A stretch of DNA of 64,000 nucleotides, filler included, from Circinaria calcarea (Eukaryota): NCBI GenBank assembly GCA_051942165.1. It is 8 parts of 8 records of this genome, joined end to end, with 100 filler letters (N's around TTAATTAATTAA, not from the genome) between each part and the next. Parts side by side here need not be neighbours in the genome. Positions count along the whole stretch, not along the records: positions 24,349 to 32,361 come from JAVECS010001191.1; positions 32,462 to 40,468 come from JAVECS010001192.1; 6 more parts are not named here. One strand, given 5' to 3'. Below are positions 25,373 to 36,400 of this stretch, one piece after another; within the stretch, counting starts at the first letter, position 1, and the number at the start of each line of letters is the position of its first letter. Below the pieces are notes generated by a model that was not told the origin of the DNA, did not search any database, and saw only the letters and a list, made by a program, of their open reading frames with translations. Position numbers and translations under genes: made by a program.

Positions 25373-26562
25373 TGTTTCCGGGACTTTACAGCGCCGGTGA
25401 ACACTCTAAAGGTTGTTAGAGCGGCCTGGAGCTGCAGCTGAGTGATCGGATAACATGGTCCAAAACAGGGCAGAGAAATCATCGAACGTTGAATATCACA
25501 AAGGCGTACCGTACAATCCAAGTAAGTTCAGCCGCGTCTTGGGTGTCATCAGGACGAGGTGGGAATCCCTATGGCAAGGATCAATCCGTTGGCTCCACGA
25601 GGCGCATTGAGGCGGGCTGAATCTGGACGGCTCTTCGTCTTTCACCTTCACTACATCACCGAAGCCGAGGTCGGACTATGCATAGCCACCACCCGCGATA
25701 GATAAGACGCACAACAAACCCAACATCAGCGTTTTGTAAGTGTTTGCGAATGGCATGGAGGTAACCATTCTTCCCCCGATAATATCGTCCTCGTGAGCCT
25801 GAATTCAGTATTCTGCGAGCCTGCAAATACGAGAAGGTACACTGAAGAACGGCGGTCTATTTATTCCGTAGATCAAACGGAACGTGCGTTCAAAGTATCT
25901 GGCCATTAAGATTGTGAAATCAGATGTCCAGGCATGTTACACGGGGGAAAGAATCAGTGCTTCGGTGCATACCAACATGCAAAGCACTGAATTATTCGGG
26001 TTCTACGCAGGATTTATACTGTTCTGGGCATGGTCGAGTAGCACAGTGCATGACGAAAGGATACGAGACTGTAAAAGCATTGATCAAACCAGCAGTGGAA
26101 CATTAGGAGTCTCGTCTCCTTTACCAATATCGTTTGAGATGGATGACCAAAAACCACTGTCGAAAGCAACAGTATAACCATGGAGGAACTCCCTGTAGGA
26201 GTTTCCCATCATATATTCTAATTGGGGATTTAATGCTGGTAGTATTCGGTTCAAGGATTTGATCTATAGATGATGAAGGAAATAAAAGGCACAGCGCTCA
26301 AATGTCGATACCTTGCTTGTACCTCGTCGGCGACGGCTTTGGTGTACACCAGCTCGATTCCTCATAGACCGCTGGACCTTTAGCTCGACTCGCTGCCGCC
26401 ATGAATTTTCCTAAATCCTACCGGTGCCTGGTCAAGGTGTCGGGGGTGCTGCCGCTGCTATGATCAGTGTGTGCATGTTTGAATTCTGTGCATTCAAGGG
26501 ACTGAGGAGCCAGGCAATTTCTATTGCCGATTCCAAAATTTCGGGAAATCGCCAGCCTCTAG

Positions 26563-28065
26563 TCACTCCCTCCTCTTCCTCTCCACCCTCCCAAGCCCAC
26601 CCCAACATCCACCCATAGCCGCAAAAAGCACTAGACAAATCGGATGCAATACCCAAGTCCCCTTTTTCTGCGCAATCATCCCCGTTGCAAACGGCGCCGC
26701 CGCACCCCCGGAACTCCCCATCGCGCTCACAAATGCTAACCCACTCGTCTGCAGGCCTCTCCCCAACAACCTAACAAACACAACCGTGGCGCATGGATAC
26801 ACGGGCCCAAGGAGCAAACCCACTATACTAACCGCGACTGCCTCCCCAATCACATTAGGGAGTAACCAGACCAGAAGCTGGAATGCGGCAGTAAGCGGGA
26901 TGATAAGATAGATGGAGCGCTTTTCGCCGAAGCGCTGGGCGGGGTGCGAGAGGAGGAAGCGTCCGAGCGTGATTCCAGCCCAAAAACCGGCGGTCACGTA
27001 GCCGAGGGAAGGGTTCGGGATTGGAGAGCGCGTGAGGAGGAAGGAGATGACCCAGCCGGAGATAGAGACTTCAGCGCCCTGGTAGGCAAATATGAAGAGC
27101 GAGGCCAAGACGGTGGTCGGATTGTGTAGTGCCAGTCTTAAATTGCTCTTCGATGAGGGAAAGGATGTCGTAGATGGCTCTGGTGCGTTGGAGGGCGGGT
27201 GTAATGGCTGAGGGTGAGAGGGGAAATCAATCTCGTAACTGCGGAACGTGTAATAGGCGAAAAGAACGTTGATGATAGCAATGCTGAGTGAGATGAAGTA
27301 AAACCGTGACCAGGGCTGGCCTCCGGAAACGAGTGCCGTGGCGATAAGAGGTCCGACAGACCCCCCGACGCCATAACTGCCATGTAGATGACCCAGGAGG
27401 GTGGTAGAGTTTACGAGATTTGCGCAGAAGACATTATTCAGAGCTAGGGTAAAAGCCATGCCAATGCCCAGAAGGAAGAAGGAGATGACAACGGCCGGGA
27501 AGGGTGGCCTGCAGACCACTACAGTATACCCTACCACCATTAAGGCTTGAGCAAGAGCAAGAAGCTTGGCCCTGCCAATGCGGGCCAGGAGCAGCTGAGT
27601 AAACGGAGCCGCGGTAATAAAGCCAACGGCATTAGAGACGAAGATCAGGGAAACAACAGCATATCCTATGGAATAATCTTTCTCGAGGTAGGGGAGTAAC
27701 GCTCCAGGAGCACTGTCGTTCAGACCGCCAGTAAAGGACATAACACAAGCGCTGAGGAAACGCCATTTCTGCATCGGATGACTGGAGAGACTCGGCGTGA
27801 CCTCGGCAGCCTCGTGCTCTTGAAGGCTGGCTGGTCGACTCATTTCCAATCCACTCGGAGTGATGGGCGTCTGCGTACCGTTGTCCGCCACGGGGTTCGA
27901 AGGACCGCCACATCGAGTTCCCCACGAGAGATCATCAAGCTCATATGGCGTGGGGCTTGGTCCCAGGGCGATATCACCCTTGTGAAGTATAGCTGGAGGA
28001 TCTATGATATTAGAACCGTTCTCAAAGTCAATGCACTCTCCTAGAGTGTGGAGTGCTATTGCCAT
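26563..28065 (-). CDS. MFS transporter (Bsc6/fucose-permease-like)
   Basis: About 12 hydrophobic segments; GLNDSAPGALLPY, HGSYGVGG, YQGAEVSISGW and GFWAGITLGR motifs. Confidence 0.9.
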   Translation of the reverse strand: MAIALHTLGECIDFENGSNIIDPPAILHKGDIALGPSPTPYELDDLSWGTRCGGPSNPVADNGTQTPITPSGLEMSRPASLQEHEAAEVTPSLSSHPMQKWRFLSACVMSFTGGLNDSAPGALLPYLEKDYSIGYAVVSLIFVSNAVGFITAAPFTQLLLARIGRAKLLALAQALMVVGYTVVVCRPPFPAVVISFFLLGIGMAFTLALNNVFCANLVNSTTLLGHLHGSYGVGGSVGPLIATALVSGGQPWSRFYFISLSIAIINVLFAYYTFRSYEIDFPSHPQPLHPPSNAPEPSTTSFPSSKSNLRLALHNPTTVLASLFIFAYQGAEVSISGWVISFLLTRSPIPNPSLGYVTAGFWAGITLGRFLLSHPAQRFGEKRSIYLIIPLTAAFQLLVWLLPNVIGEAVAVSIVGLLLGPVYPCATVVFVRLLGRGLQTSGLAFVSAMGSSGGAAAPFATGMIAQKKGTWVLHPICLVLFAAMGGCWGGLGRVERKRRE

Positions 28066-28508
28066 GAGCTTGAAGTAATGTGGGAGAGGGTCGAGTGCTG
28101 AGGGGTAGAGAAAGGAAAGCGAGCAGACAGTTTATGTAGAGATAAGTTTAACTTCGAAATTCACGTGTCAATGCCAGAGATGCATTGAGAACTTCCAAGC
28201 CAATCCAGTATCAGGATTCATGTAGTAATCCATCCCGACTCATCAATCTCTAACCAGCACTGAGATCCGCGGGCTCCGTTTTCGGTTGCGGACCACAAAT
28301 ATTTACCAGTGGCAGAACTTCGGAGTTTCCTCGGGCGGAACATCGGATGGAAGCGGTTAAGCCGTTAAGCGGGTTTGTTTTGTGGGCTTGGCAATACGGA
28401 GTACCCTTTTCTTGCTGCCGATCATCACACCTCTGGAAACCTATCAAACAAAGAGCTCGAGAGGGAGGTGCATCGATAGGAAGATCTCGGTTACCGTTGA
28501 ACCGTAAC

Positions 28509-28972
28509 ATGGCCCGTCCAAAGCGCCAGTTACTCGCCACGGCAGAAGAGACATCAAACCCGCCTTCCACTCTCGAACCCAATCAAGCAATCGTGCGGGT
28601 AGTGAAAGGCGAAGGAAACAACCTCTACATCGTCGAATTGCCCAACACCAAAACCCTGCTAGTCGAGCTTCCACCGCGCTTCAGGTCCACCATATGGATC
28701 AAGCGCGGCGGCTTTCTTCTCATCGACACGACGGCATTCGAGGATCGGGAGAACAAGCTCGATGGCGAAGTCATCAACGTTATCCGGGAGGAGAAACAGT
28801 GGCGGAAGCAGGCATACTGGTTCGTTCTCTACCGAAGGGCGTTACCTAATCAGCTCATAAAAAATGCAGGCCTCCTGAGTTTGTGAAGAAGTCGACCTAC
28901 CCAAAAGATAGCGGGGACGAGGCATCCACCGCGGGCAAAATGCCACCGGCCGACTCGGATAGTGAAGGATAA
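28509..28972 (+). CDS. eIF1A-domain (S1-like) protein eIF1AD, 2 exons
   Basis: IVRVVKGEGNNLY...ELPPRFRSTIWIKRGGF...WRKQAYW; intron GTTCGT...TGCAG; last exon PPEFVKK...MPPADSDSEG*. Confidence 0.88.
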
Positions 28973-29004
28973 ACTCTGGTTTCGAGGCCATTTTCTTGAA
29001 AAGC

Positions 29005-30607
29005 TCAGTCCACATGTCGATGCTCATTGTCCACTCTGTCGACCGGAGGAATAACATCTGCAAAGTCGTATCTTGTTCCCCACCAGATTCCAACAACTTG
29101 CACTGCCAGGCACCCAACAACGACCATCGAGCTAGCATGCGTACTGGGATACACGTTCCAGGCCCATTCCTGCAGTGCCCACGCCGCATAAATCAGAACA
29201 GGATGCATTTCGCTCCTCCAGAGTAGGAATGGTGTTGCCCACATAATATATGCATAGAATTGATAATGCAGGCTTCTTGCGCATAGCATGCCAATGGCAA
29301 AAGAGGATAGGATAGTCGTCATAATCAACGTCGATGTCACCCGACGGTTTATTTGACGCTCAGCTTGTTCTAGGAGAGGTTTGAACGCGCGTCGAACAAG
29401 GCCGGGGATCGAAAGACCTGAAGGCCGAGCCCATCGTGTGGTTAGGAACAGCGCCAGTAGGCAGAGATGGGCGATGACTAATGCAAGGGAGAACTCCTTG
29501 GACACGAATGTCTCTTCACCCACAAACCTCCAATTCACAGTCCACTTGAACAGAAATTGTCGGGTAAACTCAAAAGCTCTCGACAAATACCCTCTGGCGT
29601 TTGCAGAGAGGAATGGGAGGGAGATTACTGCCTAATCCGAAGTTCACCTAGTATCAGCCACCCTTCTTTGAAATTCCCTCATTAAATTCCGAATTAGATA
29701 ATAACCAAACTCACCTGCACCTGCATCATTATGCCCATCATCTTGACCGCTCGCCTAACCGGCATCGCCTGTCCTAGAACCATCACAACTCCCGGCAAGG
29801 CCAGCAGCAAACTCATCTTGATCCCTACTCCCCAGGAATAGGCAATGCTCCCAATCGTCCACATCCGCCTCTGGTAAGCGTAGATAGCAAGGAAGAGCGC
29901 CCCAATCGCGAAGCAGTCATTGAACAGTCGTAGCACAAAGATACTATGCATACGTTTCGAGAGAACGAGGAGAGGAAAAAGGTAAGGTGGTGCCTGTACA
30001 TGCAATCGCGCCCGTCAGCTTCCTGTACCTCAGCACAGCCGTCAACTCCTCCAATATCAGAACCTCGGTGCCCTTTTCCTTCACTCCCTCTCCTCCGCGC
30101 AGGCCCAAATCACATAGAAAACCACCTACCCCAACCATCTGATATGCCGCCATGACCACTCCCAGCGCCCCCAAGTAAACCCCCCCAAATACCCACTGTG
30201 CCCGCCAGATCTCCCTCCCCGCGTCCGTCAGCCAACTCAGCAAGCTGTAGATATACACATGCGCGGCCGGGTACACCAGCGGGCCGGTGGAGCCTTTCAG
30301 CAGCGTGTAGTCGCGTTCGCCGGAGCGGTAGAGCGCAATCTGTTGCATGTAGGTGGAGAAGTCGATTTCGGTGTCTGTTCTTGGAGGGTTAGATGGAAAA
30401 AGGATAGACGAAAGGAGGAGTTGCGAGGGTCGTTAAATTTTCCGCGGGGGGGGGGGGATTGAACGTACAGGGAACTTTGAAGATTATGAGCGATAGGACG
30501 CCGGTTTCCAGCGCGAGGAGGAGGGGGCAGAGCCAGCGGGTTTGGGTGGGGTCGGTGGAGAGGGACAGGAAGGTATGGTAGAGGTGAGGGAGGGATGTAG
30601 GGAGCAT
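29005..30607 (-). CDS. ALG3: Dol-P-Man:Man5GlcNAc2-PP-Dol alpha-1,3-mannosyltransferase, 4 exons
   Basis: [62 protein letters not shown] and [10 protein letters not shown] motifs across GT-AG introns. Confidence 0.95.
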
Positions 30608-31026
30608 GGTAGGTGAGGTAGTTTTTGGAGTTATTTAGAAGGGGTTTGATAGATTTAGGGAGGAGGATGTGACTAGATAGGGGGCCATTATGGCCTTAGG
30701 GTTCCAGGTCTCGGTTTGGAAAAGTATAGATCTAGCTGTACGCTAACCAGATTTGAGGGGTTTCCTTATATCGTTGTGAGCCCAGGGTTTTCTTGAACAC
30801 TAAATGCCCATGAGCACTTCCCACTAACTGGGTCGCAGCTGTTATTCTGAGTAAGGTAATCGTACTTTTGATCAATACACTATTTAGCCTCGCCTAAGAG
30901 GGCCTACCGTTGTCTCTTAAGAAATCTCTTTACTATATGCAGTAGATCCAAACGTCGGATGGTTTGAGCGTTTTGACAAATGCACTCCAATGTACTCCAA
31001 TAAAAACACATGTCATTGCGGCAGTT

Positions 31027-31360
31027 ATAGGTACAGGTTTCCAGTTCGTCGCCATCTCGAAATGCATGATTCGATCGAGAGGCGGCGTATCTTCCCTATC
31101 ATCGTGAAGAAAATGCCGGCCTTTCGCAAGGAACGAACCCTCCTGACACAACACAAGGAGATACATTAAGGCCTCGATTTATTCAAGGTCTATCTTCAAA
31201 ATTGTAGCACTGGGGAGGTCGACTTGCGGCTGAATGAGTTGAACGTTCTTATGAATGGGTATGGGGAAGTGCTCTGGGCATGTTTGGATGACGAAGTAGA
31301 AGAGGCCTTCGCCGAGAGTATGAAAATGTATTGGACAATGGAGGAGATGAGACGGATGAC
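31027..31360 (+). pseudogene. Degenerate hemerythrin (HHE cation-binding) domain gene
   Basis: Frame reads RHLEMHDSIERRRIFPIIVKKMPAFRKERTLLTQHKEIH*GLDLFKVYLQNCSTGEVDLRLNELNVLMNGYGEVLWACLDDEVEEAFAESMKMYWTMEEMRRM. In-frame TAA at 31167-31169, an apparent 1-nt frameshift near 31047 and altered His/Glu ligands. Confidence 0.7.
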
Positions 31361-32259
31361 CGACGTAGCGTTAAAAGAATCAAAGGAGCATTTTAGAGCC
31401 CCATGGGTGCTTCTGGGTGTAGCCCATTCTTCACTCCCTTTAGTTAGCTAGCAGCAATGGAAGAGAACGTTAAAGATCTGAAGCTCGTTTGGATATGCTA
31501 CCATTTCACTATTTACTTTAGCATTTTAGTGCTTGGCTGGACGTCAGAATCGACTTGCAGTATTTAGACTGGTAAAATCATCCGTTTGCACAATAGAAAT
31601 TCAGGTTGATTCCAGCAAAGAGAAGCTGTTTCGGACAATCCAGTTTCAATACATAAGTCTGGCTGCATTTACGATTATCGAATTGTCTCGGCGAGCGAGC
31701 CGGAATACGGTGGAAGCGATTCCCTGCCCAGCTGACGGAACCTTCCCCACTGGTCCCGACTCCCCTCACGCATTCCAAATTGCCCGTTCAGATCCATACC
31801 ATACTCAAATAGTCGTTCCCGTATGAATAATCTGTTGGGGAATTTGACGAGCTGACGAGCAACGACAAGTGAATGCGTATGATTCTAATCTTAGACTCTG
31901 TACGACTCCAGACTGTGCTGCGTACGATAGGGGCTCCTTTTGCATCTGATCGTTCTTGATAGTGGAGGGGCCCGGCCGAAATCCAATCACTTCATAAAGA
32001 GGACAATCTGAAGAAATCCTCAATCAATCGGCTCTGGCTTGACTCTTCGGTTGGTCACATTGAAGCTCTACCAAGGCACACCTTACAGCTTCGGCCGGGG
32101 AGAGTTATCTTGCATGGGTGAGGTGCGAAATCAGGGCATAAGAACAAGCGCAAGGACAGCCCTTAGAGCCAAGGACTCTAGTCGAAGGTCTTCTTCAAGC
32201 GTAACAGAGCTCTGCGAAATAGGCATCCGACTCCCGGTTCTCCACATACTCGCGCCATC

Positions 32260-32361
32260 ATGAACGACGACGACCTTATCGGTCAGGTCTACCATAAGAT
32301 CGAGAGGGAGAAGGCTCTCATCAACGCCGCAAATGCCATGCGTCAGTCTTCAAACCCTCAA
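32260..32361 (+). CDS. PKC1: N-terminus (HR1 domain) of protein kinase C; truncated by contig end
   Basis: MNDDDLIGQVYHKIEREKALINAANAMRQSSNP matches the fungal Pkc1/PkcA N-terminal KIEREKALI motif. Confidence 0.8.
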
Positions 32362-32461
32362 NNNNNNNNNNNNNNNNNNNNNNNNNNNNNNNNNNNNNNN
32401 NNNNNTTAATTAATTAANNNNNNNNNNNNNNNNNNNNNNNNNNNNNNNNNNNNNNNNNNNN
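32362..32461. other. Artificial contig spacer
   Basis: N44-TTAATTAATTAA-N44. Confidence 0.98.
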
Positions 32462-33432
32462 CCACTCCCCTCCGCCTCCCCTCCGTCTCCACATCCCCCA
32501 TTCCACCTTCCACATCTCCAAATTCCTCAATCCTAGAACTCCAATCCAATCCCGGGAATTCGCGTCGTTGCAAGAACCTCTCAAGAACTTATGACAGACG
32601 GAAACTTGGAAACTTGGGGACTTGGCAGCCGTGATAGTGATGGTAATCGTGATTAGATTTTCGCTGAAAAGACAGAAGAGAGAAAGGCGAATGGAAAAAA
32701 GAAACGAACGAGGATGAAACGACGAGGATGAAAAGGAGTGAGAAGCCAACAGAGGAGGTGAAATAGGTTGGATAAGTTTTGGAGGGGGTGAGGCAGTATG
32801 GGTAATGCGTGCATGGGATACAGTAATGCTAGTAGGATGACAAATTATTCCAAGCGAGGATAAGGAACGACATTGTGAAAGTGCAAGTGCAAGAGAAAGC
32901 AAAATGAAAAAGAAAAAAATCTCAAGTTCAAATCCCTCACCCTCGCCCTCACCCATCGGTACCCAAGACCGGAGATCAGGAGACCAGAAACCTTTCGACG
33001 GGGAAAAGAAACAAAAATGCCATGCCCATATTTCAAAACATCCCACACCACACCACACCACACGACTACCCCTTCCTTATCAAATCGAGAAGCGAAGCGA
33101 AGCGAAAAACATGTTAGATAAATCTTCCTTCACAGAGGAAAAGGACCCCGAAATCTCCCCGGTATGGGTATGGGTATGACGGGGGTGAGTTGAGTAAAAG
33201 CAAGGAAAGCGGGAAGCGGGAAGCTCCGATCCGTTTTTCTACGAAAAAAAAAAAACGAAAAAATCTGCTCATCTGTCCAATTTAAATCCTTTCGATTCAA
33301 AGATATAGAAATATACCCTAGCAAGTACCATACCACGCTTATGCTCCATGCCCATGCCCCATTGCCCCATTACCCTACCCCACGCCCCTATATCCACCTA
33401 GATCAAACCCCTTCCCCATTCATAGAAAAAGC

Positions 33433-36400
33433 TCAATGACGTTTATATTTCTAAGCCACTCATTCATTAGCCAAAATTCCCCTCATCATTCGCAAACACA
33501 AGACTTGGAAAAAAAAACTCACATCCTCATTCCGCCTCCTCTCCCCCTTATCCAACGTATTCGCCGCCCCCAACAAAGTCTGGCCCACAGCTTTACTCAC
33601 TCCCAATGCCGGTCTCAAAATCACCGTCGGCGCACCCCTCAACACCGCTCGAGCCGCTCCACCCGCACTCCCACTCTCCATCACTTCCCCCGGCATCGCC
33701 ACAATCGCATCTCGAGCCGTCAATAGATCCCTCTCCAAGGACTTGTACGCGCCTCGAAGGCCCTGTACCACTCCGATGGGCTGGTCGGCGTAAAGACTAA
33801 TGACCTTCTTCTCCTCTTCGTCCGTCTCGGCGGATTCCCAATTTTCGAGACGCTGCGATGAAACGGGCGGGATGAGAAAGTCTTCTGCGTTCTGGAGCAC
33901 CGTCTGAGTGCCGAGGGCGAGCTTGGCACCGAGTTTGGCGAGTTCCGTCGTCGTGGTTTTGGCAAAGGAAAGGGCGCCCTTGGAGATGCTACGCATAACT
34001 CTACCGTCCTTTCTATACTCCCGCATTGGGACCACAACGAGATCCCTCACCCCTCCGCCAACATTGACAAGCGAACGGACCGGGGCAAGACCTGACAAGA
34101 TACCAGGAAGTTGGTTGCGTTTGATGTCCGGCATCCAAATATCGTTGAGAGTTTTCCCAAGCTTGTCAAAACCAGAGACTCCATAGATAATGACGTGACG
34201 TAGCACCATGTCGGCCTGGTCAAGGATAAAAAAGTTCATGAACTCGGTGGTATGACCGGAGCGGATGCCAGCATAGTCGACGCGTTTCGGTTTGAAATCA
34301 AGTTTCACTTGGATGGAGTTGACTTCTACGCGCTGGAGGAAAGGTACGTCGGGTTTGGATATATTCGTTGGAGCCGAGTCATCCTTAAATTCGAAGAAGC
34401 GGGTCAAGAAGTCGAGAGCGTCTTGATCCACATGCAGACGAAGTGGTAAGACAGTAGCCTGGAATCGTGTTAGCCACTTCAAGGTGGATCAGGATTGCTT
34501 ACCTTGAGGCTTATCTCTGAAGCCGCCAGCTCCGGTACGGGCTTAATGTTCAGGATTTCGATATGAACCATGCTTGTCCCGCTTTCTCTTTCCCCAGCAT
34601 CGTGCATATAAGTTGCAAATTTCTTCCATGTTGATGTTGGTACATGATCGAAAATGTCAAGGTGTTGTACCCGAATGTCAACGGAGCTCTGAATCTCCCC
34701 GGATCCGGCAGGGAACTCGATCATGTCCACTGAAATCCCTTTAAGCTCGAATGTCATCTTATGATGTTTGCTACGAGCTAATCGGAGCTTTTTACGTTTC
34801 GTTCTCGGTACACTACCTTGTCGACTAGGGGAAGCAGTCGCTGTCGTAGATGTGGCATAACTTCCTGTCTCGCTTGCCAAATCATCAATGTTGCGGTTGA
34901 CTTGACGGTTGACTTGCTGAGTAAGATCACGAGGATCACGATTCGCCGGAATCCCAATGTAGATGGAATTGAAGAGAAAGTCCCCGATAACAGATTCGTC
35001 CTCCTCCTCTAGCTCCGAGGATTTACGGGTAAGACGCTCCGCGGCCTTATTCTCGACATCTGCCACGGCTTGGCTAATGGCATCGCGCGTATGCTGCCAG
35101 TCATATCCATCGAACAGATTCCAGATAATGTGTACGTCTCGTATCCGTAGTCTCAAAGGGCTCCCACGAATCTTGAAATCGTTTGTCAAATCATAGGTAT
35201 TCCGTTCAGAATTCCATCTATGGGCTGTACCACCGACTGTGGAACTGTTGCCAAAGTGATCATCACGGAAGTCGAGCGTTTCGCTGTCGGGGTCAACTTC
35301 GTACTGTTCTTTGAAGCTTTCAAGTAATTTCTTGTCGCCAATCTTTCGTGTTGCTCGGGGGATTGCAAGAGAGCTGAGATCCTCCTCAAAAATACTCTGG
35401 GCAAGTTCCTCGGCGGCTGAGGGGGAGTCTGGATCATAAAAGCTGCCAGCATATTCGAGATCCTGCGGTAATTCGTCGTCAACCATATCCCCATCTTCGC
35501 CTTCCAGAGGAAAGTCCTTCCCTCCATCATAACTCGTGGCAGGAACTGCAAAAGCTTCTCCAGATAGTGACGCGAGCATATCTTGCACGGAAACCAGTTC
35601 GGTCTTGTTCACTTCCGTCCTGTACTTAAGTTTCTGATCTGGTGGTTTAGGTGGCTGTAATCCGCTCAGAATACCGAGTAGGGTTTGTGTTGAATCAGCA
35701 CAGGTCTCCAAAACAAATAGCTCATCTCGAATTTCAACGTCAATTGACCTGGTTCCACCTTTACCCGCCGAAGTCATGCTTAAAATAATCTTTGCAGCGG
35801 AAATTTCGGTGACTGATACATAACCCATCTCGGCTAAGGTTTGAAGCTGACTGCGGGGATCACCGCGCTCGTTCGTCTTTGGAGCGTCATAAATGGTGAC
35901 AGCGTTACTAATGTTATCTATCACCATGACTGACGCTTTCCTGACCTCCAATATACCACTGATATCTGCTTCATCACTCCTTGGGACAATGCCGCTAACT
36001 TTAGTGTTTGTGAGGACGCACAAACCTCTCGAAGAAGAATTCCTTGGATTGAGCCCTATGATCGAATCTCGTACAGAAATATCATATCTCAAGGTCTTTG
36101 GCTCAGTCGACGACTTTCCGCTGCTAGATGATGTTTGACTTGTAAGCTTTGGTAAAGGGCTTTGGCCTGTTGCTGTGATATCTGAGCTGGTCATGCTCTC
36201 ATCCGCCCCGTCTTCTGAACGCCCTAGAATTGCCTGTATTGTCGACAGGTGGTACTCTAAGCGGATATTCCATAGCTTCACCTTTATAGTTGGCTCGAGT
36301 TCATCACCGATCATCCTCAGTCTAATCATAGGATATCGTTCCTCGGGTTCTTCCGTACCAAATGCCAGAGCTTCTCCAACTAACTCTTCGCCCGGCCGGC

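Noticed and set aside
32414..33430. 215-aa and smaller ORFs downstream of ATG2
   Set aside because: Low-complexity non-coding sequence running into the spacer.
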